From contig DASVEE010000045.1 in the NCBI GenBank assembly GCA_036380735.1, positions 77,424-141,423 on the forward strand: DNA of 64,000 nucleotides, written 5' to 3'. Both the position numbers and the translations under genes were made by a program. Below the pieces are notes generated by a model. That model was not told where the DNA came from. It saw only the letters and a program-made list of their open reading frames with translations, and searched no databases. The stretch comes from Thermoanaerobaculia bacterium (GTDB lineage: Bacteria; Acidobacteriota; Thermoanaerobaculia; Gp7-AA8). Below, one piece after another: positions 26,434 to 34,888 of the stretch. Each line of letters opens with the position of its first letter. Position 1 is the stretch's first letter.

Positions 26434-26679
26434 TCAGGTCTTCAAGCGCCGGATGGCCGAGTCGGTAAAGTCCGCGAGCAGGTCGTGCACGCTGACGTCG
26501 AGCGCACGCGCGAGCCGCACGATTACGCCCAGGCCCGGAGCCTTCAGCCCGCGCTCCATCTCCCCGACGAAATTCGCGCTCAAGCCGGTCGCTTCAGCGA
26601 CGGCCTCCTGCGAGAGTCCCCGTTCGTGCCGCACGCGCCGCAGCGCCTTCCCGAACAGCTCCGCCACGGTTTGCACCAT
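26434..26679 (-). CDS. XRE-family helix-turn-helix regulator
   Basis: LRRVRHERGLSQEAVAEATGLSANFVGEMERG is a classic Cro/C1 HTH. Internal ATG 26679 chosen. Confidence 0.8.
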   Translation of the reverse strand: MVQTVAELFGKALRRVRHERGLSQEAVAEATGLSANFVGEMERGLKAPGLGVIVRLARALDVSVHDLLADFTDSAIRRLKT

Positions 26680-26693
26680 TGCATTCCACGCTA

Positions 26694-26728
26694 AAGTTGT
26701 GGGATGATGCCACCATCTTAAGTTGTGG
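26694..26728. promoter_or_regulatory. Candidate operator: direct repeat AAGTTGTGG x2 in divergent intergenic region
   Basis: AAGTTGTGG at 26694-26702 and 26720-26728. Each is preceded by CCAC, giving CCAC-N9/11-GTGG dyads. Confidence 0.35.
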
Positions 26729-26737
26729 TGCGCACAC

Positions 26738-27013
26738 ATGAGCAACGTGACGAGCTTTCGAGGCAAGGACGATCTGACCGCCCGTCAACCGCTGACGATC
26801 GAGCTGCCGCGCTTCCTCATCCGCGCCTTCGAGCAGCAGCTCGCCGCCGCCAACGCCGACGCGACGGACGAGGACTACGTCACCCTCGAAAACTTCGTCG
26901 AGTTCCACCTCGCCAAACAGCTCTCGATCGCCGACGTCGCCAACCTGGAGCGCCAAGTCCCCGGCATCAGCGAAGCGGTATGGCAGTGGCTGAGCGAGAT
27001 CAAGGGGGAGTGA
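26738..27013 (+). CDS. Hypothetical small acidic protein (91 aa), divergent from XRE
   Basis: ORF in the track. No clear SD sequence and no family recognised. Confidence 0.45.
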   Translation: MSNVTSFRGKDDLTARQPLTIELPRFLIRAFEQQLAAANADATDEDYVTLENFVEFHLAKQLSIADVANLERQVPGISEAVWQWLSEIKGE

Positions 27014-27110
27014 GTGAGCGCATCTAGCGCATTTTCGGGGTCAGCGCTTTCGTCCGCGAGTTGAAGTCAGCCGGGTGTGCGGAGGAGCGTCGGCAGGCGT
27101 CATTCCTCGC

Positions 27111-27254
27111 GGGACAGACAAGAGTGTCTGTCCTCCACTACGCATCGCGAGTGCGTGCTCGTGCGTGCTCCGCGAACGACAGAAGTGAACGATGCAACAG
27201 TGCCGTAGCTCGCGCGACGACCCGCAGTGGAGGACAGACACTCTTGTCTGTCCC
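27111..27254. mobile_element. MITE-like element: 29-bp perfect terminal inverted repeats, each itself a hairpin
   Basis: gggacagacaagagtgtctgtcctccact (27111-27139) and its exact reverse complement (27226-27254), 86 bp apart. No ORF inside. Confidence 0.5.
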
Positions 27255-27675
27255 GCTAAGGCGCTCCGGCGGAGAGCGGTGGATCGTCCAGCGACCGCGG
27301 GCAGTCCAGCTTCGCACTTTGTCCCTCCACATACGGCAGCGTCGTCACGCGTCAAGAGCAGCGGTGACCCTCACGCCATAACCACTGCAGAAATCTGCCA
27401 ATTTGGATCTGGGCGTGGGGAAGTGGCGTCACAGCTTTGCTCTTCGTCTGATCGCGTCTCTTACATCCGCTAATGCCGCTCGCCACCATTCAAGAGAAGC
27501 TCTGCGCCTCACGCCCTGACCCGTAGAATATCGCCGTGTCGAAACGCCGATGGATCACCATCGCCACTGTCCTCGGGGTGACCGTGCTGGCTCTGGCGCT
27601 GTCTGCGCCACGACGCCCGGTGCTGCTCAGCCTCTCGCCCGATCCCACGGAGACCAGACCCGGAACTACTGCATC

Positions 27676-27996
27676 ATGAATCCATTCCGAGATCGTTTGC
27701 CGGAGCGCGCGAGCGAGCGCTACCTGACTGCGCTGCGAGATGGTCGCGTCGAAGTGCTGACGGAGATTCTGTCCGGCGATGTGCAGGATCGCTTCATGGA
27801 GTCCGAGCGCAAATGGCCCGTCCAGAGCTGGCGCATCGGCCGGCGGCAGGACACGGCCGGCACTTCGGAGTTGATGTACTGGGTGAAGCGCGGTAACGGC
27901 TACTCGGAACCTGGCGGTCACGAAGAAGAGGTGTACTTCGGAGTCGTACGCTCTCGCGAAGGTGTACGCGTCGTCGACTTTGGCGCGATCTACTGA
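27676..27996 (+). CDS. Hypothetical protein (106 aa)
   Basis: ATG 27676 overlaps (ATGA) the stop of a 47-codon hydrophobic ORF starting at GTG 27536. No family recognised. Confidence 0.4.
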   Translation: MNPFRDRLPERASERYLTALRDGRVEVLTEILSGDVQDRFMESERKWPVQSWRIGRRQDTAGTSELMYWVKRGNGYSEPGGHEEEVYFGVVRSREGVRVVDFGAIY

Positions 27997-28059
27997 AGCG
28001 ACTCTGACTCCCACGCCGGCCTTTGGCGAACGACGACGCACTCGGACTATAGTCAGTGC

Positions 28060-28770
28060 GTGACATCCGTGTTCATCCGATACGAATTGCGAACCATCGA
28101 GGTTGACGCGGCGCGTGCGTTCTACGCGAAGCTGCTGGGATACGACCGTGCCGTGATCTGGCCGTTGCACGAGCAGGCGCGTGCCCGTGGTGCGATGCCG
28201 CACTGGCTCGGCAGCGTTGGCGTCGCCGGCGTCGAGCAGCTCGACGGGACGGCCGAGGAATTCGTGACGCGCGGCGCGACCGTACTCGGGCCGCGGCATC
28301 CGACGCCGGATGGCCGTCATGCGGCCGTGCTTCGCGATCCCGGTGGCGCGATCCTCGGGTTGACCACAGCCGCGGGGCCGTCCGTCGCTCCGGCGGTCGA
28401 GGTCTCGTGGCGAGTCCTCAATACGAATCACATCGCCGACGCGGTGCGGAACTACGAAACCCTCTTCGGCTGGAAGATCGCGCGCGATGCGGCGGTCGGG
28501 CCGTACGGAACCTTTCATGAGTTCTGGTGGGACACGCTGCAACCGCGAAGCGCCGGCGCGATGGCGGACGTTGCCGGCCGGATGGGGGTGCATCCGCACT
28601 GGCTGTTCTTTTTCGACGTCGAGTCGCTCGACCCGGCTGTCGAGCTCACGCGGCAGGCGGGCGGCACCGCGATCGATGGTGTCGTGACGCCCACGGGCGA
28701 ACGTGTCGCGATCTGTGAAGATCCCCAGCGTGCTGCCTTCGGCCTCGTGGAACGATTCGTCACTCGATGA
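28060..28770 (+). CDS. VOC/glyoxalase-family protein, two tandem modules
   Basis: Two beta-alpha-beta-beta-beta-like halves (FYAKLLGY..., YETLFGWK...) with conserved His/Glu positions. Confidence 0.6.
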   Translation: MTSVFIRYELRTIEVDAARAFYAKLLGYDRAVIWPLHEQARARGAMPHWLGSVGVAGVEQLDGTAEEFVTRGATVLGPRHPTPDGRHAAVLRDPGGAILGLTTAAGPSVAPAVEVSWRVLNTNHIADAVRNYETLFGWKIARDAAVGPYGTFHEFWWDTLQPRSAGAMADVAGRMGVHPHWLFFFDVESLDPAVELTRQAGGTAIDGVVTPTGERVAICEDPQRAAFGLVERFVTR

Positions 28771-28857
28771 CGACACTCAGAACCGTGGGACAGCTGCAGC
28801 CCGAACGCGGCTGGGATCACGACTTCAGGAGCTTGCAAGATTGCTGCGCCGTACGTC

Positions 28858-29391
28858 ATGACTAGCCGGACACACTCGCCGCGCAAGGCGCCAGCGGCCC
28901 CACCTCCCGTTCTGTCCGGGTTTCGGGTCGTCGCCTACGCATCGATCAAGCGGCCGATCACCTACTCGGGGCGGAGTGGCCTCTTCGTCGGTCCACTGTA
29001 CGGAGAAGCGAAGGAAATCGGCCCGGTCCCACGGCTTGCGATCGGGCAGGCGCTTCGCGGGGCGCGAGAGTTCGCTCTGCTGCACTGCAGCCGAAGGTGG
29101 ACCGTGCTGGGAGCTCAGGGCGCGTACCGGAGCTTGGCGGAGGTGAAGCGGCGCGCGAACCGCTCGTATCCGGGAGTGTCGGACGCCTGGGTGGCGACGA
29201 ACGTCACGATTCGTGAGGCGAAGCGGTTCGAGCGTGATCAGTGGCAGCCATGGAAATGCAGCTTCTGCGGCCGCATCCCGCCCGAGCAAGAGACCACGGA
29301 GCAGGCAATCGTCATCACTGTATCGACGGCGTGCATCTGCGGGAGGTGCATTCTCGATTTCGCCGAGGAGATCACTCGTCGCGATTCCTGA
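28858..29391 (+). CDS. Hypothetical protein with C-terminal ClpX-type C4 zinc finger
   Basis: CSFCGR...(20 aa)...CICGRC at the C-terminus. Confidence 0.5.
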   Translation: MTSRTHSPRKAPAAPPPVLSGFRVVAYASIKRPITYSGRSGLFVGPLYGEAKEIGPVPRLAIGQALRGAREFALLHCSRRWTVLGAQGAYRSLAEVKRRANRSYPGVSDAWVATNVTIREAKRFERDQWQPWKCSFCGRIPPEQETTEQAIVITVSTACICGRCILDFAEEITRRDS

Positions 29392-29435
29392 AGGTCGGAC
29401 CTGCACCGGCCGCTGCGCCGCTAAAATGCCCGGTC

Positions 29436-30173
29436 ATGGAGATCTGGATCGAGGCAGAACATGCAGCGCCCGCGACCGACGTGACGAATGACAATTGCGA
29501 CGTCATCGTGACTCTGGATGACGAGAGCCGCTGGGCTGCAACCTTCATCACCCCGCGCAACATCGAGTTTCTTCGGGCAAGCTACGTCGAATCCGGAGAG
29601 TGTCTGAGTGGTCGCTACTTCTGGGCGTCGAGCTCGATCATCGTCGATGAGATCACCAGACCGACGGTTGAAGCAGTGGTGGCGCATCTGCAGGAGACCT
29701 GCGAGTTCGAGCACGCGTTCGAAGAGCTCGTGCCCCCTCATACGATCCGGCTTCAGTTCGACCAAGCCGGCCTGCGCGGTACCTGCTACTTCGAGTTGCT
29801 GCCCGGCAAATATCGAGGTGAATGCTGGAACGAAGGGTCCGCATATATTGCGGAGGAGACGTGGGGCTACATCGAGCCTGTCATCGAAGCGCTCGAGCCA
29901 CGCTACGATCATTATGCGTTCGTCGATGTGCCAGCCGCGAAGTGGCGTGAGATCGTCGACGAGCTTCGTGTCCTCGCTGCGAAGGTCGCAACGGCGCAAA
30001 AGGTTGCGCAACTGCCTGACGGCGTCGGCTTTTTCTACCGCACCTCACGCAGTGACTTCGCGGCGACGTTCACGAACAACCGCAACGCTCTGGTTGCGTT
30101 CATTCGCGAGCTGTGTCTGTGGGTCGAGCGACAACTTCTGAAGCATGAGTTCATTGCCGTCCTGGGAATCTGA
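29436..30173 (+). CDS. Hypothetical protein (245 aa)
   Basis: ORF with acidic, protein-like composition. No family recognised. Confidence 0.5.
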   Translation: MEIWIEAEHAAPATDVTNDNCDVIVTLDDESRWAATFITPRNIEFLRASYVESGECLSGRYFWASSSIIVDEITRPTVEAVVAHLQETCEFEHAFEELVPPHTIRLQFDQAGLRGTCYFELLPGKYRGECWNEGSAYIAEETWGYIEPVIEALEPRYDHYAFVDVPAAKWREIVDELRVLAAKVATAQKVAQLPDGVGFFYRTSRSDFAATFTNNRNALVAFIRELCLWVERQLLKHEFIAVLGI

Positions 30174-30257
30174 CGGGTCAGGCGCCGACCGGCCGCTGCC
30201 CCGGTGGCGCAGGTCCACAGCTTTGTTCCTCGCACGCGATGGGGTAGTCTCCTTTGC

Positions 30258-30452
30258 ATGAAGACACTGGAGATTCGGGTGGCTGACGACGTCGCGTCGA
30301 GGCTCGAACGTGCCGCCGCGGAGAAGGGTGTGTCACTCGACGAGCTGGTACGCCTCAGCGTGGAAGAGAAGCTCGCACGCGATGAGCAGTTGGCGCTCGC
30401 GACCGGCTACGTGCTCGCCAAGAATGCAGAGCTGTACGAGCGGCTGTCGTAG
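30258..30452 (+). CDS. Ribbon-helix-helix type antitoxin (Phd-role partner of Doc)
   Basis: MKTLEIRVADDVASRLERAAAEKGVSLDELV is an RHH-like N-terminus. Its stop overlaps the Doc start. Confidence 0.65.
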   Translation: MKTLEIRVADDVASRLERAAAEKGVSLDELVRLSVEEKLARDEQLALATGYVLAKNAELYERLS

Positions 30453-30838
30453 TGCGGGTTCTCACCGTCGCTGAAGTCCTCGAGTTGCACGGGCGCGTCA
30501 TCGCCCAGTCGGGCGGAGGCGCTGGTCTGCGCGACCGTGGGGGGCTGGAGTCGTCGGTGAACCAGCCGCTCCAGAGCTTCGGCGGACAGGAGCTGTATCC
30601 GTCGATCGACGAAAAGGCCGCGGCGCTCGGCTACTTCCTCATCAGCAATCATCCGTTTGTCGACGGCAACAAACGGATTGGTCACGCGGCCATGGAAGTC
30701 ATGCTGGTGCTGAATGGCCGCGAGATCTCGGCGACTGTCGATGAGCAGGAGCGCATCGTCCTCTCAGTGGCGGCCGGCAGAATGACGCGCGAGGAATTCA
30801 CCCTCTGGGGGGTTGGCCACGTGACGCCGCGGCACTGA
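30452..30838 (+). CDS. doc: Doc (death-on-curing) / Fic-family toxin
   Basis: Fic motif variant HPFVDGNKRIGH. Confidence 0.85.
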   Translation: MRVLTVAEVLELHGRVIAQSGGGAGLRDRGGLESSVNQPLQSFGGQELYPSIDEKAAALGYFLISNHPFVDGNKRIGHAAMEVMLVLNGREISATVDEQERIVLSVAAGRMTREEFTLWGVGHVTPRH

Positions 30839-30840
30839 CT

Positions 30841-31563
30841 TCACGGCTGACTGAGGTACCGCTGCGTCAGCATCATCCGCGCGTTCTTCGTCGCGTTCGT
30901 CGCCGGCGCATGCACGATGCGCATGTCCATGAGGTACACGTCGCCGGCCTTCCCGTGCATTTCGATGACCTGCACGGTGACGCCGCGGACGTCGACGGGG
31001 CTGAGGAAGCGGGTGCGGTTCGAGGTGGCGGGCGTGAAGAGGGCGGCGTAGAGGGGATCGGTCTGCAGGACCTGGTGCGCGCTGACGGCTGCACCGCTTT
31101 TTGCGCGATGCAGCTTGTGGGAGCCGGCGATGGCGACGGTGCCTCCGCCCTGCGGCGCGACGTCGTCCAGGAGGACGAACAGCTGGATGCCGGGGAGCTC
31201 GTCTCGCGACGGTGACTTCACGTCGAGGTGCCACCCGAGGTGGGGGACGGACCAGGGGAGCTTCTGGGGCGGCGTCAGGAGGAGCTGCGGGTGCGGCAGG
31301 GCGGGGCGCAGCTCACGTCCGGCGAGGTCGTTCAGAGAGGGGACCAGCTCCTGCGGAATGACGTCGTCGAATTGAGGCTGGTGGCGCAGCCGCGGCGGCA
31401 GCTTCGAGGTGTGCCATTTGCCACCGGCGCGCGCGCCGAGGCGCGCGAGCTCAGCGAGGATGGCTTCACGCGCGGCGGTGGTTTTACCGCGGGGGATGAG
31501 GCCGCGGAGGTGCAGTAGACCGGTATCGGTGAAGTGGGCGCGGTCTTGATCGGTCAGCTTCAT
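30841..31563 (-). CDS. Phytanoyl-CoA dioxygenase (PhyH) family Fe(II)/2OG oxygenase
   Basis: GWHLD (HxD) and a distal His in IAGSHKL. ATG 31563; the longer track ORF runs through repeat B7. Confidence 0.7.
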   Translation of the reverse strand: MKLTDQDRAHFTDTGLLHLRGLIPRGKTTAAREAILAELARLGARAGGKWHTSKLPPRLRHQPQFDDVIPQELVPSLNDLAGRELRPALPHPQLLLTPPQKLPWSVPHLGWHLDVKSPSRDELPGIQLFVLLDDVAPQGGGTVAIAGSHKLHRAKSGAAVSAHQVLQTDPLYAALFTPATSNRTRFLSPVDVRGVTVQVIEMHGKAGDVYLMDMRIVHAPATNATKNARMMLTQRYLSQP

Positions 31564-31591
31564 GGGCGTGCCTTGCGGAGGGTGGCGTGGG

Positions 31592-31703
31592 GGAACGATG
31601 GGACGGATAGGACCTATAGGACAAATAGGACGAATGGGACGGATACGGTTTTCTGTCCCATAGGTCCTATTGGTCCTATAGGTCCTATCCGTCCCATCGT
31701 TCC
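31592..31703. repeat. Family-B nonamer palindromic repeat
   Basis: ggaacgatgggacggataggacctataggacaaataggacgaatgggacggatac / ggttttc / tgtcccataggtcctattggtcctataggtcctatccgtcccatcgttcc. Abuts the addA stop. Confidence 0.9.
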
Positions 31704-34700
31704 TATTGATCCCACTCCACCACCCGGTCGTTATCCAGATCGATGTACCACAGCAGGCCGCCGCAGGGGCGGCCCGTGATCGCGGAAACGGCGGCGCAGT
31801 AGCTGGCGACCTGGTCGCGGTGCGTGTCGGTGGGCGTGCCGCTCTTGTAGTCGATGACGACGTCGCGGCCGTTTTCGCGGATGAGGCGGTCGAGGCGGCG
31901 CTCCACCACTTCACCATCCTTTTCGTAGCGCACGATGAGCTCACGGCCGAGGGTCTGCGCTCGGGCGAGGCGCGCGCGCATGGGGGAGCGCGCCACCGTC
32001 GCCAGGCGGGAGCGCACACGGGTGATGGTGTCGTCGTCCGCTGCGACTTCGAGCGCGAGGCGGCGCAGCAGCGGCTCGGGGTCGGCGTTGCCATCCCAGC
32101 GCTCCAGCACGCGGTGCAGCAGGACGCCCGCGGTGCGGTGGCGCGAGCCGGAACGCCGCATGGCGATGTCCGACGGCGCCAGCGGCTCGGTGGAGAACTG
32201 CGGCGCGGGGATCGACGACTCCACGATCGGCGACGATGCGAGTTGCGCTTCCAGCGCCGCATCGCGCAGGCGGCGCCGCGTGTGCTGCTCGGTGTCCGAC
32301 AGCGCGAGGCGCTCGTAGGCCACCGTGCCCAGCGGAAGAGTAAGCAACGTGCGGCCGGTCTCCTGAGGCGCTTCGAAGGCGAACGCCTCCCGCACGTATT
32401 TCGCGAAGCCGACGTTCTTCGCTTCAGGGTTCCAGACGAAGACGACTTCCGACTTGGCGCGCGTGACGGCGACGTAGAACAGGCGCCGCGTTTCCGCTTC
32501 GTCGCGCGTGGCGCGCAGCTTCTTGAGCTTCTCCTCGCTGCCGCACGTGCGGAAGTTCGCGGAGATGGATTCGGCGCGGCCGGCCATGACCAGGCTGCGC
32601 GGCTCTTCCACGGTGAACAGTTGCAGCGTGTCGTTGGACGACGCGGGGAAGGCGAGGTCGGGGAGGATCACGCTCTCGAACTCCAGCCCCTTCGCCGCGT
32701 GCACCGACAGGATGCGGACGGCGTTGCGCGATTCGTCGGCGAGGCTCGGCTCCATCTCGTCCGGCTCGCTGCGGCGGCGCGTGATCTCGTCGACGAACTG
32801 CCGCACGGATCCGCCCGTGGTCTGGTCGAACTCGAAGGCGATGGCGCGGAGATGCTCGAGGTGCCGCTTGTGGCGCACCCCGTCCGCCGCCGCGTCGTAC
32901 ACCGCCTCGATGCCCGAGGTGGCGACGACGAGGTCGATGAGCCCGGAGACGGTGAGGTGCGTCGAGGCTTCCCGATAGCGCGTGAGCGTCTCGCGGAACG
33001 TCTGCCAGACTGTCGGCGGCGTGGTCCGTTGTTCGTTGTCCGTGGTCCGTTCCGTGGAGCCGCCGGCGATCTCCGCATCGGTGAGCGCAAAGTACGGCGT
33101 GCGCGCGGCGGAGTACTCCGCGCCGGGATCGAACGGAAAGGCGATGGCGCGCAGCACGGCGAGGAGGTCGACCGGCGCGCGGCGGTCGAGGAACAGCCGC
33201 GTCGGCGGCAGCACGTAGTCGATGCCGTAGCGCTCCAGCGTGTCGAGGTAGTCGTCCAGCTTCGTCAGGCGGCGGAAGAGGATGGCGAAGCGCTGCAGGT
33301 CGCGCTCGCCGCCGTCGCGATTCGCGCGGATCCACTCGGCGATGACCTCGCCCTCACGGAAGAAACGATCGGCGCGGTCCTCATGATCCGCATGCAGGAA
33401 CGTGACGCGCGCCTCGAGCTCGCGCGCCGGTTTGCTCTTGCCGGCGCGCAACGGGAGATACGCCGGGCGGAAGACGTTCGGATCGTGCGGCATCTCGGGG
33501 AAGAGCTGCGTGAACAGCGCGTTGATCGTGGCCAGCAACTCGGGATCGCTGCGGTACTGATCCTCGATCCTCCGCCGTTCCGCCCCCGCCGCGATCAGCT
33601 CCTCGGTCATCTGGTAATACGTCTCGGGATCGGCGCGCCGGAAGCCGTAGATCGACTGCTTCGGATCGCCGACGACGATGGTGCGGCCCGGCACGTACGT
33701 TCCCGAAGCGTCGCGCGCGAGCCGCTCGATGATGCGCGCCTGCGTGCGGTCGGTGTCCTGGAACTCGTCGACGAAGATGTAGTCGAACTGCGCGCGCGCC
33801 CGTTCGAGCACGCTCTCGTCGTCGAGCACCGCCAGCGTGCGCAGGAGCAGATCATCGAAGTCGACGACGCCGAGCTTCCGCTTCTCCTGATCGAGGTAGT
33901 CGACGAAGCGGCGCCCCATCGAGACGAGCGCCATCGCCGCGCGGTGGCTGGCCAGGCGGTCGTGGATCGAGCGGCCCTTGTCGCCGCAGCGGAGGTAGCG
34001 CAGCGCTTCCTTGAGCACGCCGGTCCGCGGCAGGTTCGCTTCGCGGATCGACGCGGCGATCGGCTGCAGGTAGTCGATCCACGCATCGATCGATCCGCGC
34101 GGCGGCTCCTCCGACTGCAGGTATTCGAAGACGCGGCGGGCGTCGACGTCCTTCACCTCAATCGCGTTTGTCTTCCGGATGACGGCGATGGTTTCGACGA
34201 GATCGGGCTCCACCTCGTCGAAGCTGCCGAACTCGTATTGGTCCTCGTTGAGCAGGTCGCGCCGATCGAGCAGCGCGAAGACGAGGTCGCGGATCTGGAA
34301 CAGGTAGCCGACGTGCGCAAACAGGATCTCCCACTCGCGCACGATCTCCTCGGTCGGATGGACGCGCGTCTCCTCGTCCACCCAGGCGTCGTAGAGCTGC
34401 CCGTAGAGCAGCGTGCGCTCGAAGCCTTCGATGATCTTGAACTGCGGATCGAGGCCGGCCTCGATGGGGAAGAGCCGGAGCAGCGATTGGCAGAAGGAGT
34501 GGATCGTCTGCGACCGCAGCGAGTCGATGCGCGAGAGCTGCTTCGCGCACGCGCGGCGCCACTGCTCGCGTTTCTCCTCCGGCATCTCGACGAGCGGGCG
34601 CGGCGAGCCGATCGGCCAGACGACGCGCTGCCCTGCGAGAGCATCATCAAGATGTGCGTCGAGCTCCTGCAGCGCGTCGTGGATGCGGTCGGCGATCTCG

Positions 34701-34888
34701 CCCGCGGCCTTCTCCGTGAAGGTGACGAGGACGATGCGCTCAGGCGACAGCTCCTCGTCCCCGAGCATCAGCTTCAACACCTCGGCCACGATCGCCGTGG
34801 TCTTCCCGGTGCCGGCGCCGGCTTCGATGACGACGTTGCGCCGCGCGCTCGTCGGCTTCGGGGCGAAGTCGAACGACTGCTGCATCAC
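31703..34888 (-). CDS. addA: UvrD-type helicase / PD-(D/E)XK nuclease, AddA-like
   Basis: Walker A GAGTGKT, FTEKAA, DEFQDT, and C-terminal nuclease motif VVIDYKSG. Confidence 0.8.
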   Translation of the reverse strand: MMQQSFDFAPKPTSARRNVVIEAGAGTGKTTAIVAEVLKLMLGDEELSPERIVLVTFTEKAAGEIADRIHDALQELDAHLDDALAGQRVVWPIGSPRPLVEMPEEKREQWRRACAKQLSRIDSLRSQTIHSFCQSLLRLFPIEAGLDPQFKIIEGFERTLLYGQLYDAWVDEETRVHPTEEIVREWEILFAHVGYLFQIRDLVFALLDRRDLLNEDQYEFGSFDEVEPDLVETIAVIRKTNAIEVKDVDARRVFEYLQSEEPPRGSIDAWIDYLQPIAASIREANLPRTGVLKEALRYLRCGDKGRSIHDRLASHRAAMALVSMGRRFVDYLDQEKRKLGVVDFDDLLLRTLAVLDDESVLERARAQFDYIFVDEFQDTDRTQARIIERLARDASGTYVPGRTIVVGDPKQSIYGFRRADPETYYQMTEELIAAGAERRRIEDQYRSDPELLATINALFTQLFPEMPHDPNVFRPAYLPLRAGKSKPARELEARVTFLHADHEDRADRFFREGEVIAEWIRANRDGGERDLQRFAILFRRLTKLDDYLDTLERYGIDYVLPPTRLFLDRRAPVDLLAVLRAIAFPFDPGAEYSAARTPYFALTDAEIAGGSTERTTDNEQRTTPPTVWQTFRETLTRYREASTHLTVSGLIDLVVATSGIEAVYDAAADGVRHKRHLEHLRAIAFEFDQTTGGSVRQFVDEITRRRSEPDEMEPSLADESRNAVRILSVHAAKGLEFESVILPDLAFPASSNDTLQLFTVEEPRSLVMAGRAESISANFRTCGSEEKLKKLRATRDEAETRRLFYVAVTRAKSEVVFVWNPEAKNVGFAKYVREAFAFEAPQETGRTLLTLPLGTVAYERLALSDTEQHTRRRLRDAALEAQLASSPIVESSIPAPQFSTEPLAPSDIAMRRSGSRHRTAGVLLHRVLERWDGNADPEPLLRRLALEVAADDDTITRVRSRLATVARSPMRARLARAQTLGRELIVRYEKDGEVVERRLDRLIRENGRDVVIDYKSGTPTDTHRDQVASYCAAVSAITGRPCGGLLWYIDLDNDRVVEWDQ
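33018..33057. repeat. Family-A repeat, solo arm inside addA CDS
   Basis: ggcgtggtccgttgttcgttgtccgtggtccgttccgtgg, translated (minus strand) as STERTTDNEQRTTP. Confidence 0.75.

Noticed and set aside
25180-26707. Long ORFs (504 aa, 285 aa and minus-strand ORFs) crossing the array, as a heptad-repeat protein
   Set aside because: All six frames are open. The 64-nt higher-order period and the 22-nt units break any reading frame. The predicted peptides are low-complexity Arg/Ser/Gly strings.
27424-27458. Shared motif GTGGCG..TCACAGCTTTGYTCYTCG, also at 30206..30240, as att-like direct repeats flanking a 2.8-kb insert
   Set aside because: The exact core is only ~10-12 nt with gaps. Matches of that length are expected many times by chance in 64 kb, and no integrase is present.
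30841-32262. 473-aa track ORF as one protein
   Set aside because: The N-terminal part reads through repeat B7 and runs within the 3' end of the same-strand addA gene in another frame. Only the PhyH-like part from ATG 31563 is credible.
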